NCBI GenBank assembly: GCA_003280965.1
Contig: QCDI01000001.1
Location: 1 to 64,000 of the forward strand
Length of the DNA stretch: 64,000 bases
Reading direction: 5' to 3'
Source: Prochlorococcus sp. AG-355-B18
GTDB lineage: Bacteria; Cyanobacteriota; Cyanobacteriia; PCC-6307; Cyanobiaceae
Shown: positions 22,135 through 32,335 of the stretch, in pieces
Layout: every line of letters starts with the position of its first letter
Position numbering within the stretch: position 1 is the stretch's first letter
Notes under the pieces: generated by a model
Told to the model about the DNA's origin: nothing
The model's database searches: none
What the model saw: only the letters and a program-made list of their open reading frames with translations
Translations under genes and position numbers: made by a program

Positions 22135-22548
22135 TTAGGATTTAGTAGCAAATCCTTCTACCTCGTTGAGATTTTGGATTTGTGATCTTTTATTTATATT
22201 ATCTTCAATAAATTTTTGCTTTTCTCTGAATAAAGGTAATGACTTCATTTCAACTTTTGATTCGTCATTAAGAATAAGAACCATATCACCATATGATCCA
22301 AATCCCCTTGGGATAGATCTAATTTCTTGGATATTACTTAATGATACTTGTGTTTTGTTTTTACCAAACCAACCACCATCTATTGTAATTCTTTTGTTTG
22401 TAATTTTATATCTCAACCACAATGCTCTAACTATTGCAGCAAAGGTAAATGGCAAACCAAGAATAGTTATGCCTGCTAACAGATTTATGATTAAATCACT
22501 TTTAGCAGGACCACCTTCATAAAAGGTTTCTTCATTCATGTTAATCAT
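22135..22548 (-). CDS. Bacterial PH-domain protein
   Basis: Conserved cyanobacterial ORF between rnpA and yidC (FYEGGP, YKITNKRI, GDMVL). Confidence 0.8.
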   Translation of the reverse strand: MINMNEETFYEGGPAKSDLIINLLAGITILGLPFTFAAIVRALWLRYKITNKRITIDGGWFGKNKTQVSLSNIQEIRSIPRGFGSYGDMVLILNDESKVEMKSLPLFREKQKFIEDNINKRSQIQNLNEVEGFATKS

Positions 22549-22934
22549 TTGATTAGACGAGACTTGAACATTAAATTTTGAAATTCCTCCAAAAGTTTAG
22601 TTTTATCATTGCAGAAATCTCCATATCTAAGGTTAACAAGTAACCAATAAGGTTTGTGGTTATTAATTTTTTGAATATTTGTTAATAACCACTCTTGGAG
22701 AATTCTTCTTAATTTATTTCTTTCTACGGCTTTTTTTGAAACTTTTTTGCTAATAGCAATTGCAACTCTAAAATTGTTTGAGCAATTTGTGAATTTATGA
22801 GATATGAGGATTTTTGGGTTTGATTTTGCTACCTTAAATGTCATTAATTTTCCATGATATTTTATGGAATTTTTATGAATATAATTAAAAGTCCTGTGAC
22901 CTTTTAAACGCATATCTTTGGGTAAGGCCATCAA
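22545..22934 (-). CDS. rnpA: Ribonuclease P protein component
   Basis: ISKKVSKKAVERNKLRR motif. Confidence 0.93.
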   Translation of the reverse strand: MMALPKDMRLKGHRTFNYIHKNSIKYHGKLMTFKVAKSNPKILISHKFTNCSNNFRVAIAISKKVSKKAVERNKLRRILQEWLLTNIQKINNHKPYWLLVNLRYGDFCNDKTKLLEEFQNLMFKSRLIK

Positions 22935-22943
22935 GATTTGAAA

Positions 22944-23081
22944 TTAAACAGCTATTCTTTCTCTACCTTTTTGCCTTCTACTTTTAATAACTCTTCTGCC
23001 AGTGTGAGAACGCATCCTCACTCTAAAACCAGATACACGTTTTCTTTTTCTTGAAGTTCCGCCAAAAGTTCTTTTAGTCAT
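22944..23081 (-). CDS. rpmH: 50S ribosomal protein L34 (absent from ORF track)
   Basis: Translates to [45 protein letters not shown]. Confidence 0.97.
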
Positions 23082-23111
23082 TTTTTTAATTACCCTTAAT
23101 TAATTTATCAT

Positions 23112-23693
23112 TTAATCGATCACTATAGTCCAGCTTCCTAAATAACTTGAAACTGATTTCCCCTTAGACTGACCATATGAATGGAATTGATATAGTCCTG
23201 TTCTTTTTGGATTAATTACTTTTTTTAATACAATTGCATAACTTTCTTTATCAGAGGGGATTGGACTATAGGGGTAAATGTTTAATGAACTCAAGGATGA
23301 TTCATCAGTATTGATTTCAATATCGGCTGGAAGATCCTCTAAACATTTAGTGCGACTATCAAAACCACCTATTTTTACCTTGCAAAGACTTATTTTTTCT
23401 TTATTTAGAGTTGTTTTAAAAGTCTTAGGGATTGCTAAATTTATTTTTAAAAGGTCAGTTCTTCTGTCAGATGGTCTCAAGAAAAAATAAATCGTATTTC
23501 TAAATTTTCTTCTGTCTTCTTTTTGAAACCACTTTAATTGTCTATGCCCAGAGTCTTGATCCCACTGGAATTCCAAAACTGCTTTAGCATCTTGGAGTTT
23601 ATTAAAAAATGGAGTTGAAACTAAAACTGTGGGGATAAGAAAAAATCTTAAAATTTTAAAATTTAAAGCAAGTTTCTTTGTTTTTTTTAACAT
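23112..23693 (-). CDS. DUF2808-like exported protein
   Basis: Signal-like N-terminus; NP..GLYQF...YLGSW C-terminus. Confidence 0.7.
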   Translation of the reverse strand: MLKKTKKLALNFKILRFFLIPTVLVSTPFFNKLQDAKAVLEFQWDQDSGHRQLKWFQKEDRRKFRNTIYFFLRPSDRRTDLLKINLAIPKTFKTTLNKEKISLCKVKIGGFDSRTKCLEDLPADIEINTDESSLSSLNIYPYSPIPSDKESYAIVLKKVINPKRTGLYQFHSYGQSKGKSVSSYLGSWTIVID

Positions 23694-23763
23694 TGATTAA
23701 ATAAATTTCTAAAGGATTAATTAGGTCTTTCCAAATTTAAAGTTGAAAATTGTTTTAATAAGG

Positions 23764-24147
23764 TTAACATCTATCTGTCCTTAATTTTGAAGCTCCTCTT
23801 AAATAAGGATGCTTTATAGGATTATTTGGCGGTAATAAAACTTGTGCCATTATTCTTATACAAAAATCTATATCGTCAGATACGTACATTTGTTGACAGT
23901 CAATAAAAGCTACTGAATCAAGCCCGTTACATTTCCTTGCGATTGAAGCAGGGAAACATGCATCTAAATCTTTTGTTGCGGTAAACGTTATTGATAATAA
24001 GTTTGTTCTAATTAGTTTGTTACGTGAAATTAATTCATCTATTAATTCAACTACGGCATCCTCAATTTCTTTAACAGAATTCCCAGATGCTGTAGTGGCT
24101 CCTCGAATAAATGTAATTTTATAATTATCTTTCATTTTTTCGTACAT
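23764..24147 (-). CDS. aroH: Chorismate mutase, AroH type
   Basis: IRGATT, DLDACFPA, YLRGASKLR. Confidence 0.92.
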   Translation of the reverse strand: MYEKMKDNYKITFIRGATTASGNSVKEIEDAVVELIDELISRNKLIRTNLLSITFTATKDLDACFPASIARKCNGLDSVAFIDCQQMYVSDDIDFCIRIMAQVLLPPNNPIKHPYLRGASKLRTDRC

Positions 24148-24153
24148 ATAGAT

Positions 24154-24963
24154 CTAGGGCTTATATAACCAAAGTATTTTATTAGATGAATCAATCTCAA
24201 AAAAGATATTGTTGATAACTTTTTGAATAATTTTACCTCCTGGAATTAGTCCAAGTATTTTCTTTTTTTTCTTTCCAAATGTTAAGGGCTCAATTTTAGG
24301 ATCGATATTCACCATTTTTGCAGCAAGTTCCCTGGCAACAAATTCATCTCCAACTTCATCAACAAGACCTAATGCTTTTGCTTGCGTGCCAGTAAAAATT
24401 CTTCCATCAGCAAATTTTCTGACTTCTTCAACAGGTAAATTTCTCCCTTCAGCAACAGCTTCTGTAAATTGTCTGTAGCTTTCATCAATAAGGCCTTGAA
24501 GTAGTTTTCTACCTTCCTCACTTAAAGGTTTATCTGGAGAAAGTATATCTTTAAATACACCGCTTTTAACAGTCTCAAATTTTATGCCAATTTTGTCTAA
24601 CAATTCAGATAAATTATTTCCCCTTATAATTACTCCAATAGATCCTGTAATTGTGCCAGGATTTGCAACTATTTTGTCAGATGCAACACCAATGTAAACA
24701 CCACCAGATGCTGATATGTTTCCAAAACTAGCAATGACTTTACATCCCTTATCTTTTAGTCTTTTAATGGCAGAATATATTTCTTGGCTATCCCCAACAG
24801 TACCTCCTGGAGAATCAATTCTCATGATTAAAGCAGGAAATTCTCTATCCTCTATTTGTTTAAGAGCTTTAAGGACAGAAACTCTTGTAGAACTTGTAAT
24901 AGGCTCATTAATTAAAATACGAGCCATTCTTTTTTTTGACTTTCGTCTAAAAGGCCAAATCAT
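24154..24963 (-). CDS. sppA: Signal peptide peptidase SppA
   Basis: IDSPGG, ASGGVY, TGSIGV; likely start MIWPFRRK at 24963 rather than the overlapping upstream ATG. Confidence 0.92.
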   Translation of the reverse strand: MIWPFRRKSKKRMARILINEPITSSTRVSVLKALKQIEDREFPALIMRIDSPGGTVGDSQEIYSAIKRLKDKGCKVIASFGNISASGGVYIGVASDKIVANPGTITGSIGVIIRGNNLSELLDKIGIKFETVKSGVFKDILSPDKPLSEEGRKLLQGLIDESYRQFTEAVAEGRNLPVEEVRKFADGRIFTGTQAKALGLVDEVGDEFVARELAAKMVNIDPKIEPLTFGKKKKKILGLIPGGKIIQKVINNIFFEIDSSNKILWLYKP

Positions 24964-25015
24964 TCTTTTTAAGTAAAAACATAAAACTACTTTAAAAAGA
25001 TTATCAGCAGACCTA

Positions 25016-25957
25016 ATGAATTCAATCCTAAATTGGTTTTTAATGATACTCCCTTTCGCACTTTGGGGTACTTCAATGGCCGCCATGACTCCTTTAGTAT
25101 CTAGTGCTGGACCTGAGTTAGTGGCTTCTTTGAGATTACTACCTGCAGGAATTCTTGTTCTAATAACAACATATTTGTTAAAAAGAGATTTAAAAATTTA
25201 TAAGTGTGATTTGAAGTGGTTTTTTGTTTTTACAATCGTCGATGCTACTTTTTTTCAGTTGTTTTTAACTTATGGGATTGCAAAAACTGGGGCAGGTCTC
25301 GGGTCCGTATTGATTGATTCTCAACCTCTTTTGGTGGCAATTTTAGCAAGGGCAATTTTTGGAAATTTAATTAATCCAATAGGTTGGTTAGGTTTACTTT
25401 TTGGCTTGGGAGGAATTGTATTTTTAGGTGTTCCTCAAGAATTTTTAGAAAACTGGTGGCTTATGTCTGATAGGGCTATGAGTGATGTGACCTTTAACTT
25501 TGGAGAACTTTGGATGCTTGCGGCTTCACTGGCAATGGCACTAGGAACAATTTTAATAAGGTTCACATGTACTAAAAGTGATCCAGTTACAGTTACTGGA
25601 TGGCATATGGTTTTAGGAAGTGTGCCCTTAATTATCAAGCATTGCTTACAATCAAATTTTCAAATAATTCCAAATTGGTCAATATTTGATTGGGGTCTTA
25701 TGTCATTCGCAAGTATCTTTGGAGGAGCCATAGCTTATGGATTGTTTTTCTACTTTGCAAATAATAAAGAAATAACTGGATTTAGTACTCTTGCTTTTTT
25801 AACACCTGTATTTGCTCTTTTAAGTGGAGGCATTTGGCTAGATGAGAGGCTAACTATTATTCAATGGATAGGAGTCGTTTTTGTTCTTATCTCGGTATTT
25901 TTTGTTAGCCAGAGAAGGTCATTATGGGAGAATAAATTTACTGACACTACTATTTAG
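25016..25957 (+). CDS. DMT/EamA family transporter
   Basis: About 10 TM helices in two EamA repeats. Confidence 0.88.
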   Translation: MNSILNWFLMILPFALWGTSMAAMTPLVSSAGPELVASLRLLPAGILVLITTYLLKRDLKIYKCDLKWFFVFTIVDATFFQLFLTYGIAKTGAGLGSVLIDSQPLLVAILARAIFGNLINPIGWLGLLFGLGGIVFLGVPQEFLENWWLMSDRAMSDVTFNFGELWMLAASLAMALGTILIRFTCTKSDPVTVTGWHMVLGSVPLIIKHCLQSNFQIIPNWSIFDWGLMSFASIFGGAIAYGLFFYFANNKEITGFSTLAFLTPVFALLSGGIWLDERLTIIQWIGVVFVLISVFFVSQRRSLWENKFTDTTI

Positions 25958-25984
25958 TAAGTCTCTGAGTGTAAAAATATAAAA

Positions 25985-27061
25985 ATGCGAATAGTTTTCA
26001 TTAGTACTCCAATAGGTTTCCTGGGAAGCGGTAAGGGCGGAGGAGTTGAATTAACTTTAAATTCCTTAGTTTCTGGTTTGCTTTCTTTAGGTCACTCGGT
26101 AGATGTGATAGCTCCTAAAAATTCTAAATTAGACGAAAGTAATGAAAAAGCAAAATTACATTTTGTAGAGGGTGAAGATCAAGTCAGTTGGCAGCATCAA
26201 AATTACAATTCTCCTGTCAGTATTCCTGACAATTCGCTTCTCGCAGGAATGCTTGAAAAAGGATTAGATATTGCCAAAAAAGCAGATGTATTGTTGAACA
26301 TGTCTTATGATTGGTTACCTATTTGGATGACATTAAATGTAGATATCCCCATTGCCCACCTTATTAGTATGGGTTCTGAAAGCTTAGTAATTAGTAATTT
26401 AATCTCAAAGGTATATACAAAATATCCATATAATTTTGCTTTTCATTCTAAAATACAAGCCAATGATTATTCATTCATAAAAAAACCAACAATAATCGGG
26501 AATGGTTTTAAATTAGACAATTATATTTTTCAAGAATCTATTAAGGGACCATTGGGTTGGGTTGGGAGAGTGGCTCCAGAAAAAGGTCTAGAAGATGCAG
26601 TTTTTGTGGCAAGCGAACTTGGAGAAAAACTAAATGTTTGGGGAGTCATAGAAGATGAGAACTACGCCTCAAAAATAGAACAATCATATCCTCTAGGAAC
26701 TATAGATTGGATGGGGTTTTTATCGACAGATGAATTACAAAAAGAACTTGGTAAATGTAGGGTTTTGCTAAATACCCCTAAATGGAATGAAGCATATGGA
26801 AACGTTATTGTAGAAGCTTTAGCCTGTGGGGTACCAGTAATAGCTTACAAAAGAGGAGGGCCTAGTGAAATTATTCAGCATGGTGAAACAGGTTATCTTG
26901 CGGATCCTGATGATAGAGAAACCATGCTTTCTTATGTAGAGATTATTGAAAAAATAAAGCGCAAAAAGTGTAGAGAATGGGTAGAAAAAAATGCTTCTAC
27001 AGAGATATTTGCTAACAAGGTTGTGAACTGGCTTAATAAGGTAATTAATGAATATAAGTAA
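25985..27061 (+). CDS. Glycosyltransferase family 4
   Basis: GGGVE, GRVAPEKG, EAYGNVIVEALACGVPV. Confidence 0.9.
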   Translation: MRIVFISTPIGFLGSGKGGGVELTLNSLVSGLLSLGHSVDVIAPKNSKLDESNEKAKLHFVEGEDQVSWQHQNYNSPVSIPDNSLLAGMLEKGLDIAKKADVLLNMSYDWLPIWMTLNVDIPIAHLISMGSESLVISNLISKVYTKYPYNFAFHSKIQANDYSFIKKPTIIGNGFKLDNYIFQESIKGPLGWVGRVAPEKGLEDAVFVASELGEKLNVWGVIEDENYASKIEQSYPLGTIDWMGFLSTDELQKELGKCRVLLNTPKWNEAYGNVIVEALACGVPVIAYKRGGPSEIIQHGETGYLADPDDRETMLSYVEIIEKIKRKKCREWVEKNASTEIFANKVVNWLNKVINEYK

Positions 27062-27075
27062 AAATAATTTAGTCA

Positions 27076-28881
27076 ATGATTCTTCTTAACTCAAAAAAAA
27101 GGCTTGCAACTTTATTGATAGTTTTAATCTTTGGGATCATTATATTTATTCTTGATTTAGGGGCAACAGGATTGGTAGATGAAACGCCCCCTTTATTTGC
27201 AGCTGCAGCAAGAGCAATGAGTGAATCTGGTGATTGGTTAACTCCAAAAGTTAATGGCATATTTCGTTTTGATAAACCTCCATTAATTTATTGGCTAATG
27301 GGTTTTTTTTACTCATTACCGAAAATTGAGATTTGGGATAGTTTAGGGACTCTCTCTGCGAGACTACCTTCATCTTTGGGATCACTATTTTTAATGTTGA
27401 TGATTGCAGATACGTTGTTTTGTTGGCCGCAGAAAGGTGATAAGCAATTTTTTACTCCAATAGCGGGATCACTAGGCTTCGCTCTATCTCCTTTAATAAT
27501 TATCTGGAGTCGAACTGCTGTAAGTGATGCTCTTTTGACTGGAACTTTAGGGATCAGTCTCCTTTTATTTTGGAGACGAATGGCAAGTGAAAATAATGAT
27601 AAATGTATTGCAGCATGGGCATTTTTGGGTTTCGCAATTTTAACTAAGGGACCTGTTGCATTTGTTTTAGCAACATTGACTATCACATTTTTTTTAATTA
27701 TTCAGAAAGATTGGAGAAGTTTGCTTAACAAGATAAACCCTAAGAAAGGTTTTTTAATAACAATCCTCATAAGTGTTCCATGGTATGTCTTAGAATTATT
27801 AAGAGAAGGAAGGCCTTTTTGGGATAATTTTTTTGGTTATCATAATTTCCAAAGATACACATCTGTTGTTAATAATCATTCGGAACCGATATGGTTTTTT
27901 CTTTACATAATGATTTTGGCTTCGTTACCATTTACCCCTTTTTTGTATCACGGAATATTTATAGCCTTTAGGGAGTTCTTGAAAAGTTTAAAAGAGAGTT
28001 GTGGTGTCCCTGATAGCCTTTACACATATTCACTATGCTGGCTATCAGCAGTTTTAATTTTCTTTAGTATTTCTGCAACGAAACTGCCAAGCTATTGGTT
28101 GCCAGCAATTCCAGCTGCGGCGATACTAATCAGTAATAGCTTTATAAGCTTAAAAAATACAAATAAAACTTATGTATATTTATGGATTTTTAATATTTTT
28201 ATTTTTTTCGGAGTGTCAATAGCATTCTTTTTCTCAAATATTTGGTTAGGTTCAATAAATGATCCTGAGATGCCTAATCTTGCATCTAAATTATTAAGCT
28301 CTGGAATAATTTTTAAAGCCAAATTGTTTTTCTCTTTATTCACACTTTTTGCAATAATTCTATTTTCTTTAAAATCCAAAAATATATTTCTTTATCTCCA
28401 AATTGTACTTATTATGGGCCAATATTTTTTGATGTCTCCAATCAGAAAATTAGCAGATACTTCAAGGCAATTACCTTTAAGGAATATCTCTAAATTAATC
28501 TTAGATACTCGCCAAGGAAAGGAAACTTTAGCAATGATTGGGATAAGAAAACCATCTTTACATTATTATTCTCGACAAATAGTTTTTTATGAACCTAACA
28601 CCCAAGAAGGATTAATTAATCTGAAAGAAAGACTAAATAATGATAGAAGAAAAAATTATCAGGATGAGCCTGATTATCAATACAAATCTTTATTGATAGT
28701 TATAGATGATTATTCTTCCCAAGAAGAGCATTGGTCAAATTTTAATCATGAGAAATTGGGGAAATATGGAATCTATAACTTGTGGCGAATAAATAAAAAA
28801 GATTTGAACGAATATTCAGAATTTTTAATTAATAATGGGTATAAATCTAACTGGAAGAATAGACAGGTTGAGAAATTTTAA
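27076..28881 (+). CDS. ArnT/PMT-family (GT39/83) membrane glycosyltransferase
   Basis: DET..F...AR.M, FDKPPL.YW, LTKGP, TKLPSY. Confidence 0.88.
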   Translation: MILLNSKKRLATLLIVLIFGIIIFILDLGATGLVDETPPLFAAAARAMSESGDWLTPKVNGIFRFDKPPLIYWLMGFFYSLPKIEIWDSLGTLSARLPSSLGSLFLMLMIADTLFCWPQKGDKQFFTPIAGSLGFALSPLIIIWSRTAVSDALLTGTLGISLLLFWRRMASENNDKCIAAWAFLGFAILTKGPVAFVLATLTITFFLIIQKDWRSLLNKINPKKGFLITILISVPWYVLELLREGRPFWDNFFGYHNFQRYTSVVNNHSEPIWFFLYIMILASLPFTPFLYHGIFIAFREFLKSLKESCGVPDSLYTYSLCWLSAVLIFFSISATKLPSYWLPAIPAAAILISNSFISLKNTNKTYVYLWIFNIFIFFGVSIAFFFSNIWLGSINDPEMPNLASKLLSSGIIFKAKLFFSLFTLFAIILFSLKSKNIFLYLQIVLIMGQYFLMSPIRKLADTSRQLPLRNISKLILDTRQGKETLAMIGIRKPSLHYYSRQIVFYEPNTQEGLINLKERLNNDRRKNYQDEPDYQYKSLLIVIDDYSSQEEHWSNFNHEKLGKYGIYNLWRINKKDLNEYSEFLINNGYKSNWKNRQVEKF

Positions 28882-29129
28882 CAAAGCCTTTTTTTTAGGA
28901 GCTCGTTTTTTAGATCATCAAGGCTGCACTTATTAGGTATTTCAATCCCATTCAAATCTTCGAGCAATTCGAGATCAATGACAGAATCTTCAGCTAAAAA
29001 ACTAAAAACTTCATTAATGCTTATTCCCATATCTTGCGCCATCTCTGCGATGAGCTTTAAAGTATCTCTCCTCACAGAAATCCTAATATCTAAAGGAATA
29101 TATTCATTTCCTGGGTTTGCTTGCTTCAT
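28878..29129 (-). CDS. Hypothetical protein (possible ribbon-helix-helix)
   Basis: 83 aa; IRISV..DTLKLIAEMAQDMGISINEV pattern. Confidence 0.6.
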   Translation of the reverse strand: MKQANPGNEYIPLDIRISVRRDTLKLIAEMAQDMGISINEVFSFLAEDSVIDLELLEDLNGIEIPNKCSLDDLKNELLKKRLC

Positions 29130-29205
29130 AACCTAAATCTTAAGACATTATGTAGTTTTCCGGACATAATCTTTACAATTCAGGTTAATCGTGCATTATC
29201 TGTTC

Positions 29206-30093
29206 TTATTTTGTTTGATTAAACATATTTATAAAAACCTTTAAAAGAGGAATTGTAACTATTGAAATTAAAGTTGCAGTAAAAAGTATTTTAGAAGCTA
29301 TTTTTTGTTTTATTCTGTATGCCTCTGCCATTAAAATTGTTGATATTGCTGTTGGTGTACCTGCTTGAAGAATTACTGCTGCTGATTGATTGAAGTCAAA
29401 ATCTAATAACTTGCTTACTAAAAAAATTATAAAAGGGAGAATAAATAACTTTAATAAAATTGAGAATTTAATTTCTTCATCAAGATCAAAAAATTTACCC
29501 TTTTGATTAGTTATTAATCCAAGTCTTGTTCCCACAATAATTATTGCTAGAGCAATAACTATTCTTGCAGGTATCCAAAGAAAATTGCCTAATATCTCAT
29601 CTATTTGAAAAATGTATGCCAAGAGTACTCCTATGATCCCTCTTGAGGCAGGACTATTTATCAAGGCATTTAGTAATCCTTTGATATGTGGAATGTTATT
29701 GTCTAAAGATTTTTCTTGAAGAAAAAAAGGTCCAAATATCCAAGCAAATAGTGTTGTTCCTAAGTCAAATCCTATAGTAAAGTTGATTGTTTTAGAAGGT
29801 AGAAGTGCCATTGCAATTGGTATCCCAAGAAAAGATGTATTTCCTATTAGTCCTGCCAGCTGCAAGGTGTAATTTGGAAGTCTTTTTTTAAAAATTGGGC
29901 ATATATTTATTAGCACTATTAAAAATCCAATTATGGAAAATGCTAAGAATGCACTTTTAATGAGGTTTATATCTATACCCTCTTTTAATAAAAGGCCCAT
30001 TACACTAAGTGGAATGCCAAATCTTATTAGAGGCCTTGCAATATATTCAGAAATTTTTGGGTTTTTTTTTCCAAGAAAAAATCCAAAAATCAA
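29206..30093 (-). CDS. AEC (auxin efflux carrier) family permease
   Basis: GNTSFLGIP and PTAI motifs, multi-TM; start uncertain. Confidence 0.85.
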   Translation of the reverse strand: MIFGFFLGKKNPKISEYIARPLIRFGIPLSVMGLLLKEGIDINLIKSAFLAFSIIGFLIVLINICPIFKKRLPNYTLQLAGLIGNTSFLGIPIAMALLPSKTINFTIGFDLGTTLFAWIFGPFFLQEKSLDNNIPHIKGLLNALINSPASRGIIGVLLAYIFQIDEILGNFLWIPARIVIALAIIIVGTRLGLITNQKGKFFDLDEEIKFSILLKLFILPFIIFLVSKLLDFDFNQSAAVILQAGTPTAISTILMAEAYRIKQKIASKILFTATLISIVTIPLLKVFINMFNQTK

Positions 30094-30207
30094 GAAAGGA
30101 ATAATATTTATAAAAAGGGAGTAGATTTTATTAATTCAATATTTAATAAAGCAATATTAACTCGTTAAGGCGCAGTAAAAAAAGTTTTTTAATTTTGTAT
30201 GGATAAT

Positions 30208-30462
30208 TTAAATTATTTTCCAAATTGCATTATCGGGAATTATCGGAGATTTATTTAAATCTTCTGGTTCTTTAGTCAAGACTCGCCAGTTTGGAACTCT
30301 ACAAGATACGTAAGCAGGACTTTCTATAAATACCCCTGGTTTCTCATCAAAAGTACAAGTAAAACCTTCTTTCCAATAACCACCGTTATTAAGGCTACCT
30401 TTGAACCAAACCCAGCATTTTGAAGTTTTCAAGATAAAAAAATTTAAACTTATAATAATCAA
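30208..30462 (-). CDS. Hypothetical Trp-rich protein (start uncertain)
   Basis: CWVWF..G.W..GF...CRVPNWRV; protein-like composition. Confidence 0.55.
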   Translation of the reverse strand: MIIISLNFFILKTSKCWVWFKGSLNNGGYWKEGFTCTFDEKPGVFIESPAYVSCRVPNWRVLTKEPEDLNKSPIIPDNAIWKII

Positions 30463-30509
30463 GATTTAAATAATGTATTGGTAATTTAACACTATTAGTA
30501 TGATTATCT

Positions 30510-30788
30510 TTAACTATAGCTTTTTGAAAAATATATCTTTGAAATTAATATCAAAAGATTTAAAATTAATGTTATTAAATTTGCTATTAATATTGGAATT
30601 GACGAAATTTTATAACCGTAAATAATCCAACACAAAACTCCGATAATAAACATAATTAGAGTTACCAAAGACACATCATCTGCCTTTTTTGTTTTTAAAG
30701 TTTTGATCAATTGAGGAAGAAATGCAGCTGTTGTTAAAACCGCTGCAATATATCCGAATATTTCTATATTCATAAAACGTTCTAACAA
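30510..30788 (-). CDS. SemiSWEET / PQ-loop family transporter
   Basis: LTTAAFLPQL.KT, three TM helices, ANLIT. Confidence 0.88.
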   Translation of the reverse strand: MLERFMNIEIFGYIAAVLTTAAFLPQLIKTLKTKKADDVSLVTLIMFIIGVLCWIIYGYKISSIPILIANLITLILNLLILISKIYFSKSYS

Positions 30789-31523
30789 TTATTCTTTAAC
30801 TAAATTAGATAAAAATCCTAAAGGATCTCTCATATTTGAAGAATAGCCAAGTACATCACTCGAAAAAAATTTATAAATAACTTGATTTTTATCATTTAAT
30901 AAAAAAGAAGCTCCTCTTTGAGGAAGGTATTTTTCATGAAGAATGTAATCCTCCCAATTTTGGATTATTTCGTACATATTATTCAATCTAAACGTTGCCA
31001 ATTCAAATGGTCTTAAATAACCATCCCCGAAAACCTTTTTAAAATTATTACCTGAAAATTTTATAAATTTTAGAACGTCAATCTTGTCAACTTCTGAATA
31101 GATTTGCTTTGCTTTACGGTCTCCTGTGTAACCTCTAAAAACTTCTTTTATTGTTTTAAAAGAATTTATTCCAGACAGCATCAATAGCATATTGATCCAA
31201 CCTCCTAAACCTATATCTAATCCTCTTGAAACTTTTAAATTATTATGAATTTGGTTATCAGAAACAACTATTAAATTGTTTTTACTAAAGCCAGTGAAGT
31301 TACAGAATTTTTCTTTACCATTTTGATTCCCAATACCAAGGGCAAAAATATCTAAATTTTCAGCTTCATTATTATCGATAAAGTTTTTTAAATTTATTGC
31401 ATATTCAAAGCTATCAAAATCTCCTAATAATCCAAATAAAACAATTAATTTAAATTTTTTTCCCCCCTTAAAATTAAATTTCTCAGCAAGACTCTGGATA
31501 TCTTTTTTTAAATTATCAGTCAC
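30789..31523 (-). CDS. AhpC/TSA-like antioxidant family protein
   Basis: LGDFDSFEY, RPFELATFRL, QRGASF motifs. Confidence 0.75.
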   Translation of the reverse strand: MTDNLKKDIQSLAEKFNFKGGKKFKLIVLFGLLGDFDSFEYAINLKNFIDNNEAENLDIFALGIGNQNGKEKFCNFTGFSKNNLIVVSDNQIHNNLKVSRGLDIGLGGWINMLLMLSGINSFKTIKEVFRGYTGDRKAKQIYSEVDKIDVLKFIKFSGNNFKKVFGDGYLRPFELATFRLNNMYEIIQNWEDYILHEKYLPQRGASFLLNDKNQVIYKFFSSDVLGYSSNMRDPLGFLSNLVKE

Positions 31524-31579
31524 GATGTTTTAAATGTTTTTTAATAAATTGCTCTCAAAAAAATTTTCTTACTTTATTT

Positions 31580-31596
31580 AGTATAAAATTTTACAT
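31580..31596. promoter_or_regulatory. GTA-N8-TAC palindrome upstream of isiB (CRP/NtcA-family type site)
   Basis: aGTAtaaaatttTACAt; TATTAT -10 candidate at 31638. Confidence 0.45.
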
Positions 31597-31666
31597 GAAA
31601 AAGTTTTTAAAGAAATTAATTTAACGTTTTTAGATTTTATTATTTTAAGTTAAACATTTTGAAGTT

Positions 31667-32191
31667 ATGACTGTAGGAATTTATTACGCAACTACAACAG
31701 GAAAAACTGAAGACGTAGCTGATCGTCTTCACAACTTTATCTCCTCAGCAGAAGCACCTAAAGACGTATCTGATGTAGATGATCTGTCAGAATTTGAAGG
31801 CCTTGATGGAATTATCTGCGGCATACCTACTTGGAACACCGGAGCAGATGAAGAAAGATCAGGAACTGCATGGGACTCAATCCTAGAGGATATTGGTGAA
31901 TTAAGTCTATCAGGAAAGAAGGTTGCAATTTTTGGGTTAGGAGATTCTTCTACCTATACAGAAAATTATTGTGATGCCATGGAAGAACTTCATAGCTATT
32001 TCACTAAAGCAGGTGCAGAAATGGTTGGTTATGTAGATAAATCTTCATATACATTTGATGAGTCTAAAAGTGTCATTGGAGAAAGTTTTTGTGGATTACC
32101 TCTAGATGAGGATAGTGAATCTGATTTGACAGATTCACGTCTTGAAACATGGGCTTCTCAACTAAAGGGTGAAATCCCTTCACTGGGGTAA
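31667..32191 (+). CDS. isiB: Flavodoxin (long chain)
   Basis: YATTTGKTE, PTWNTG, FGLGD, GLPLDED. Confidence 0.95.
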   Translation: MTVGIYYATTTGKTEDVADRLHNFISSAEAPKDVSDVDDLSEFEGLDGIICGIPTWNTGADEERSGTAWDSILEDIGELSLSGKKVAIFGLGDSSTYTENYCDAMEELHSYFTKAGAEMVGYVDKSSYTFDESKSVIGESFCGLPLDEDSESDLTDSRLETWASQLKGEIPSLG

Positions 32192-32335
32192 GCTTTCAAA
32201 GATATTACTTGCCTGATTTGTAACATTTGTTCTTTCTCAATATGTTTTTTTTACATAAGTAATTAAATCTGTAAACAACATGTAAAAAACCATACTCATT
32301 AGCAATATGCTCAACTTGCTGTTTACTTAAATCAA

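Noticed and set aside
24964..25086. N-terminal extension of sppA
   Set aside because: Overlaps the divergent EamA gene; MIWPFRRK at 24963 is the plausible start
29151..29166. TGTA-N8-GACA here and TGTC-N8-TACA at 54644-54659 (NtcA-like variants before hypothetical genes)
   Set aside because: Single degenerate sites without canonical spacing to a -10 box; could arise by chance in AT-rich DNA
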